Shown here: piece after piece, positions 58,686-64,000 of the stretch
Layout of the letters: the number at the start of each line of letters is the position of its first letter
Position numbering within the stretch: position 1 is the first letter of the stretch
Source: Ostrea edulis
Taxonomy: Eukaryota
NCBI RefSeq assembly: GCF_947568905.1
Contig: NC_079165.1
Location: 72,292,001-72,356,000 of the forward strand
Length of the DNA: 64,000 bases
Direction: 5' to 3'
The notes under the pieces: model-generated
The model's input: the letters and a program-made list of their open reading frames with translations, nothing else
Told to the model about the DNA's origin: nothing
Database searches by the model: none
Position numbers and translations under genes: made by a program

Positions 58686-60689
58686 GGATATTAGAGATTA
58701 TTTACATTTTCAATGGTTTTGCCTTCAATATCTTTATAAATTGTATTAATAGTCATTTCCTCATGAATGTGCTACAGTTGTGAACAATGCGTCGGCGGAT
58801 CTTAGTAAATAAAGTACGTCCATTTTAACGGCTGGGAATTTCGACAGATATGAAAGTAAAATATACATATAAGAATTGAAAGTTCATGAAAATATGACCT
58901 ACAACGTTTCACATTAAAAATAGTGACCCCGTTAAAAAAAATGTCTTGATTACTAGTGTACTAATTTGTTATAGCACTCTCTGACTTTGTACAGGTGTTT
59001 TTCAATTTCTTTTATTTTTTCTTTTAAAATAAGAATGTAAGATGCAGACTATTATTTTCTCTGCTGTCCAATATATACATAATAACGTAAAAGGCGCCAA
59101 TAACCGAGTTATTAGTGATTTACTTTCTTTTATCCCCCCCCCCCCCCTCTAACCTTTTGTTAATTTTTGACCTAATCATGTTGTGCATCATGCATATCAA
59201 TTAGATATACTTGTATATGTTGCCAAAGTATGATATAAATGAAAATTCGAACATTTCCTGATTTTGTCACAGTTAGTACTTAGCCATTGTATCAAACCTT
59301 GATTTGTTTTGTACCTTTTGCTTATTTGATGCAATAAAATATGTTCAAATCAAAATGTATGGATGAAGGCCACACGTCACCTGCCAAACTGGTTTACCCC
59401 TCCCCCGAACTTACTTGAGGAATTCACGACTAAAATTTTTTTTCGAGAAGATTATATAGTCCAAACCATCGATTTCTCTGCTTTTAATGTTCAGATACAT
59501 ACAAATGCATGAAGGTTGTTTTTTTTTTTAGTAAGACGTGAGCCAAAAAGTTAATTGTTAAGATTCAAATATCTTTCAATGACATCACAGATATTTGCAA
59601 TCTTTCAAGACCCACATCAATTAAGCAATAATTGCTGTTTTCCAATTAATTAACTTGGGTATATTACTAACTGACAGTAATTTATTTTAGTCATGGATTT
59701 ATTTTGGCAACGTTCGCCGTCAGTAAGTTCCAGAAGAATTTCTACAGACGCGGGTTTAAGAGTACACCTGTGACACATGGAATTTTTAAATTTTTCATGT
59801 GGGGCAAAGTATACATGTATAGCAGACAAATATAGCTAGCTTTGGGTGCAAATCGGTAAATTGCCATATTTCTGTAACAAAGAGACCCCGGCTGTGGAAC
59901 GTTAGAAATGTACTTTTAGCCTGAACGTGATTATGTAATATTTTGCCTTATCGTCAAATGAGTAAAATTCCTCAACAATCCCAACAAGAATACTGCTCCG
60001 AGTATTACATTATTTGCATCACAGTAGAAAATTTTGATAAATTTTATTTCATAACGGTTGCTATGACCTAAGAGTTTTGTCACTAATAGGAATGAAATAA
60101 TTTATTTTACTCTAATCATTGCTCCCATTCACGTTTCTTGATAGCGTTTCTTTCTTTCAATGTGTGTCCCCTCTCTTGACAATACATATCTAAATACGTA
60201 TTAGATGAATACTATAAGCTTTTAAGGAAGAATAGAAAAACTGATAAAGAATCCAAAGGGAGGGGAAAACTTTACATTTGATGTTAAATAAACACAACTT
60301 TGGAAGTATTCATTTGAAAATCAGACACTATTTAGATTAAAAGTGATTTTCCTCAATAAATTTTTAATCGATAAAGATTTAAGGAGAGTAAGGGTCAAAA
60401 GGTTATCAAATCAACGGATTATAACAGAAATTAACGTACAAGTGGTATCTTCGAATATTGTCTAATAAAACAGCTTAAAAGATTTTCTTTCTAATTCTTT
60501 GACATATTATCAAAACAATTTAGCCATTAGAATCTCCATCAATTTAAGCTATTTTGAATCTGATTTATATAAGGAGATTCTGAAATAGACAAAGCTACAC
60601 AATGTTCTCCATAGGACTGTCATATTGTAAATATTGAATTTAACAGGTGGCAGTAAATACAAAAACTGTTTAGTCCACTCGTTTATTTG

Positions 60690-60814
60690 AAAATCATAAA
60701 CACAATATGGGGTGAAACCTCTGACAAAATTAGATAGAGAGATGGGTAGAAATCATAAACACAATATGGGGTTAAACCTCTGACAAAATTAGTTAGAGAA
60801 ATGGGTAGAAATCA
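60690..60814. repeat. 59-bp tandem duplication
   Basis: aaatcataaacacaatatgggg...atgggtag at 60691 and 60750. Confidence 0.9.
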
Positions 60815-61024
60815 AACTCTGTGTCCTCCACTATTTGACGTGAGCCGCAAGGAAATTTCTAGTGTATTACAGGTATGTTATGTTATGAATAATATTGAAA
60901 TGATATAACATCAGAAAATTTCTTGACAGAAAACATGGGGGGAAAAAAGTAAGAAACGAGAGTACGAATTTCACGCAGTCATGAAAACGCGAAACCACAT
61001 ACTGTTTCGCGTTATCAGGAGCTG

Positions 61025-61130
61025 TTGGGTACTCGCAAAAGGCAAGACGAAACGAAACAAAACAAAATATAACGAAATGAAATTGCATCGAGACGAAACA
61101 AAATGTAACTTAACAGAACGAAACGAATTT
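61025..61130. repeat. (AACGA/AACAA)-rich repeat fragment
   Basis: ggtactcgcaaaa...acgaaacgaaacaaaac... Confidence 0.55.
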
Positions 61131-61330
61131 TATTGATTATAGCTGAAACCAAAAGGTATGTTTAAAAAAAATTACATTTTCATTATTTTTGCCTTTGATA
61201 ATTTTACAAGTTATAGTGATAGCCATCTCCTCGTGAATGCGTTGCAGTTGTTCCCATTGATCTTGATAAATATAGTCCGTATATTTTACCGACTGGGACT
61301 TCCTACAGAAATTAAGAGAGATTGTAAATA

Positions 61331-61470
61331 TAAGAAATAAATTTCATTTTTGAAAATATACAATGATATGAAATGCAACACTTCAACGTTGGCATACTTT
61401 TCATGCATGCCAGCGTGAAGCTTCGCAATTCATACCCTTTTGTATTTTCAAAAATGAAATTAATTTCTTA
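61331..61470. mobile_element. Short copy of the tacatgagggta TIR family
   Basis: aagaaataaatttcatttttgaaatataca / tgtattttcaaaaatgaaattaatttctt. The subterminal gccagcgtgaag..ttcataccc matches 19975-20005. Confidence 0.65.
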
Positions 61471-61536
61471 AATACTTATTCTCTTGCTCTCATTTGCATA
61501 CAAATAACATTATTACGCTTTTAAAGGTATTCCTTT

Positions 61537-62370
61537 TTAGCTCACATGAACTAGAAGCTCAGTTGAGCTCTTCTGTCCGGTGTCCGTCTGTAAACTTTTA
61601 ACATTTTTGACTTCCCTCTCCAGAACCACAGGGCTAATTTTAGTTAAACATGCAAACAAAGCATACTAACGAAGTGCAACGCCCTTTCTAAAATAGAAAT
61701 AATTAAGAATTAGTAAAAGATTTGTGGCATCGTGTAAAAATCTTCTCCTTAAGAACCACTGGGCCAATTTCAAATAAACTGGGCACAAATCATTTTTGGG
61801 TAAAGAAGGTTGAAGTTTGTTCAAATGAAGGACCATTCTCCCTCCAAAGGATAGATATTCAAGAAAATGCAAAAATAGGATGGCGTCATTTGAAAATTTC
61901 CTCAAGAGCCATTGGCCAGAAAAGTTTAAACTTACATGAAAGCTTCCTGACATAGTGTAGATTCAAGTTTGTTCAAATCACGACCCCCTGGAGTAGGGTT
62001 GGATTACACACAATGGGGGATCAAAGTTTTACACAGGAATATATATGATAAATCTTTAAAAATCTTCTCAAGAACAAAAGGGCCATAATTACTCATATTC
62101 ATATACAAGCATTCCCAGGTAGTGCTGATTCAAGTTTGTTCAAATTGCAGTCCCCGGGGGTAGGATGAGTGTACATTAGGGGATCAAAATTTATAGGAAA
62201 TATTTTTAAGATTCTTCTCATAACAGCAGGGTCATATTAATATGCAAGTATCTTCAGGTAGTGCAAATTTAAGTTTGTTCAATACAAGGGCCCCAGAGGT
62301 AGGATGTGCCATAACACATATGTAAGAGATCAAAGTCAGATATGGGAATATACAGGAAATTAAAACAAAC
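61537..62370 (-). mobile_element. Second Helentron-type element with a ~167-bp satellite-like array, inverted relative to 14297-15112
   Basis: tagctcacatgaac end plus a tgtccgtctgt simple repeat. ttcaagtttgttcaa recurs at 61962, 62129 and about 62268. Confidence 0.7.
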
Positions 62371-63227
62371 TCTCTTCAAGATTAGCAGGACCACACTAAA
62401 TCATACTGAAATGCAAATGTTTTTAAGTTGGTGTGTTGATTCCATTTGTTATGTCCCCTTGACTGAAGTCGGGAGGAGGGGAGGGGTTGTGTGTTTGTCT
62501 TGTCTGTCTGAAACTTGCTCATAACATCTGAATGGTGAGTGATAGGGCTCTCATATTTCATAATTTATTCCTCGTGGCAAGGCCTTTCTTTTGGTGTCAA
62601 AGCTTTTGACCTTTTGTCCTTGACTTTTGAGTTTGATCTACTTTTAAGAAAACCTAACCTAGATCCCTTATGGCAAGACAGTTCCTTTGATGCCATGATG
62701 TTTGACCATGTAACCTTCGCCTTGGAGTTGTACCCACATTCTTGAAATTTAAATGGATTTTGACCTACTTTTAAGAAAAGTTAATTTTAAGCATTGCCAT
62801 CAGAACTGTTTATTTAAGGTAGGGCTTCCATATTTTGTATAGATTCTTTACGACAAGACCTTGCATTTCACACCATATTTTTTCTATCTTGTGACATTAT
62901 ATCATAGTTATATAGTAACCCTATGGGGGTAAGTTGGGACAACGATATAAGGTCAATATTTTCATGTAACTAAAGATTTCAAAATATCTTTTGAAAATCA
63001 CAATAGCTGAACAACACCAAGACCAAGATGACTCATTTGAGCTAAATGGTCCATGGGTCTTTTGTCTTCATAAGTGATCTCAAAGGACTTTCGTAAAAAC
63101 TTCATTTAAAATAAAGGGAATAATAATAGTTCGGAAGTTCATGTATGTATCCCATAAACAGTCATAATGCGCATCTTCATTTTCAAGATGACCACATGTT
63201 TTGCTCGATAGAGTTGATATTCTACAG

Positions 63228-63690
63228 GTAGTTTTGTTATCAAGAGTGAAAGAATTTTGAATTGAATTGATTTTGGGGTGTGCTAGATTCACTACGACAC
63301 TATAGAAAAAGCTTGTAGACGCTCATTGAGAGAGGGTATACGTTTTTTTGTTTTTGGTTGTTTTTTTTTTTTTTTTTGCTTGATAGATTTGATACTTCAC
63401 ATGTAGCTTTGTTATCAAGAGAGGAAGAACCCTATTGATTTTCAAGAGAACCCTATTGATTTGAAAGTAAAGGGTCAAAGTCACTACGGAACTTCAAAGA
63501 AAAGAAAAGGTTTATGAGCAATCTACAAGTCATACGTTTTGTTCGATTGATTTGATGCTTCATATTTAGCTTTGTTATCAATAGAGAAAGAACTTATTGA
63601 TATTAAGATAAGTCATAAGTTTCAAAAGTCAATGTCACTTCGAGACTTCATAGAAAAAGCTTGTAGACACCCTTTGAGAGGGGATGTACC
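63228..63690. repeat. Degenerate ~165-175-bp tandem array of a different unit (about 2.7 copies)
   Basis: gttatcaa(g/t)ag..gaa recurs at about 63236, 63411 and 63574. atagaaaaagcttgtagac occurs twice. Confidence 0.65.
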
Positions 63691-64000
63691 CCACCTTGCA
63701 AAACTCTTGTTTATTTAATGCCTTTGGGTGGTGATGGTGTTGTTTCATAAAGATATTCGACTCGCACCAACCTAATCAAGCAACACTTCTCATCCAAAAA
63801 TTGCAGATATGTTGAAATGTGAATGAAAGAATAAATTTACAGAGTATTTACAATTTCCGTAAAAAAAAAAAAATGTTATGGAAAAAGGCAACTGTCCACT
63901 ATAATCTTACCTACAATACTGGCTATCACAATTTTGTTTATTGAAATAATTTTGCCCTAGGGCCAAAAAACTTTGTGTAGAAATGGATGGTTTGGGTAGT

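Noticed and set aside
58514-58783. ORF spanning the N run
   Set aside because: Artefact of the assembly gap.

Overview
AT-rich eukaryotic (intron-containing) DNA. The repeat landscape strongly suggests a bivalve, most likely an oyster (inference). Four minus-strand genes are supported, all encoding single-pass cell-surface proteins. (1) A 3-exon protocadherin of about 1045 aa with seven cadherin repeats (CDS 27703-25013, 20452-20302, 19842-19547). (2) A 12-exon, 729-aa receptor that the ORF track almost misses (43025-36010): signal peptide, two Cys-rich repeats resembling DUF7042, TM and a long disordered tail. It includes a 9-nt microexon and skips a decayed sushi/CCP exon. (3, 4) Two paralogous intronless LRR-Ig-Thr-stalk-TM receptors (45608-43995 and 55111-53531) whose Ig domains have lost the canonical F-strand Cys. 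The rest is intergenic or intronic: SINEs, a LINE remnant, a Penelope-like remnant, Helentron-type elements carrying ~166-bp satellite arrays, MITEs with readable target-site duplications (several nested), palindromes, mini/microsatellites and a 133-N gap. No rRNA, tRNA gene or CRISPR array is supported. All exon models were read by hand from splice consensus and frame continuity; no expression data or database search was available.
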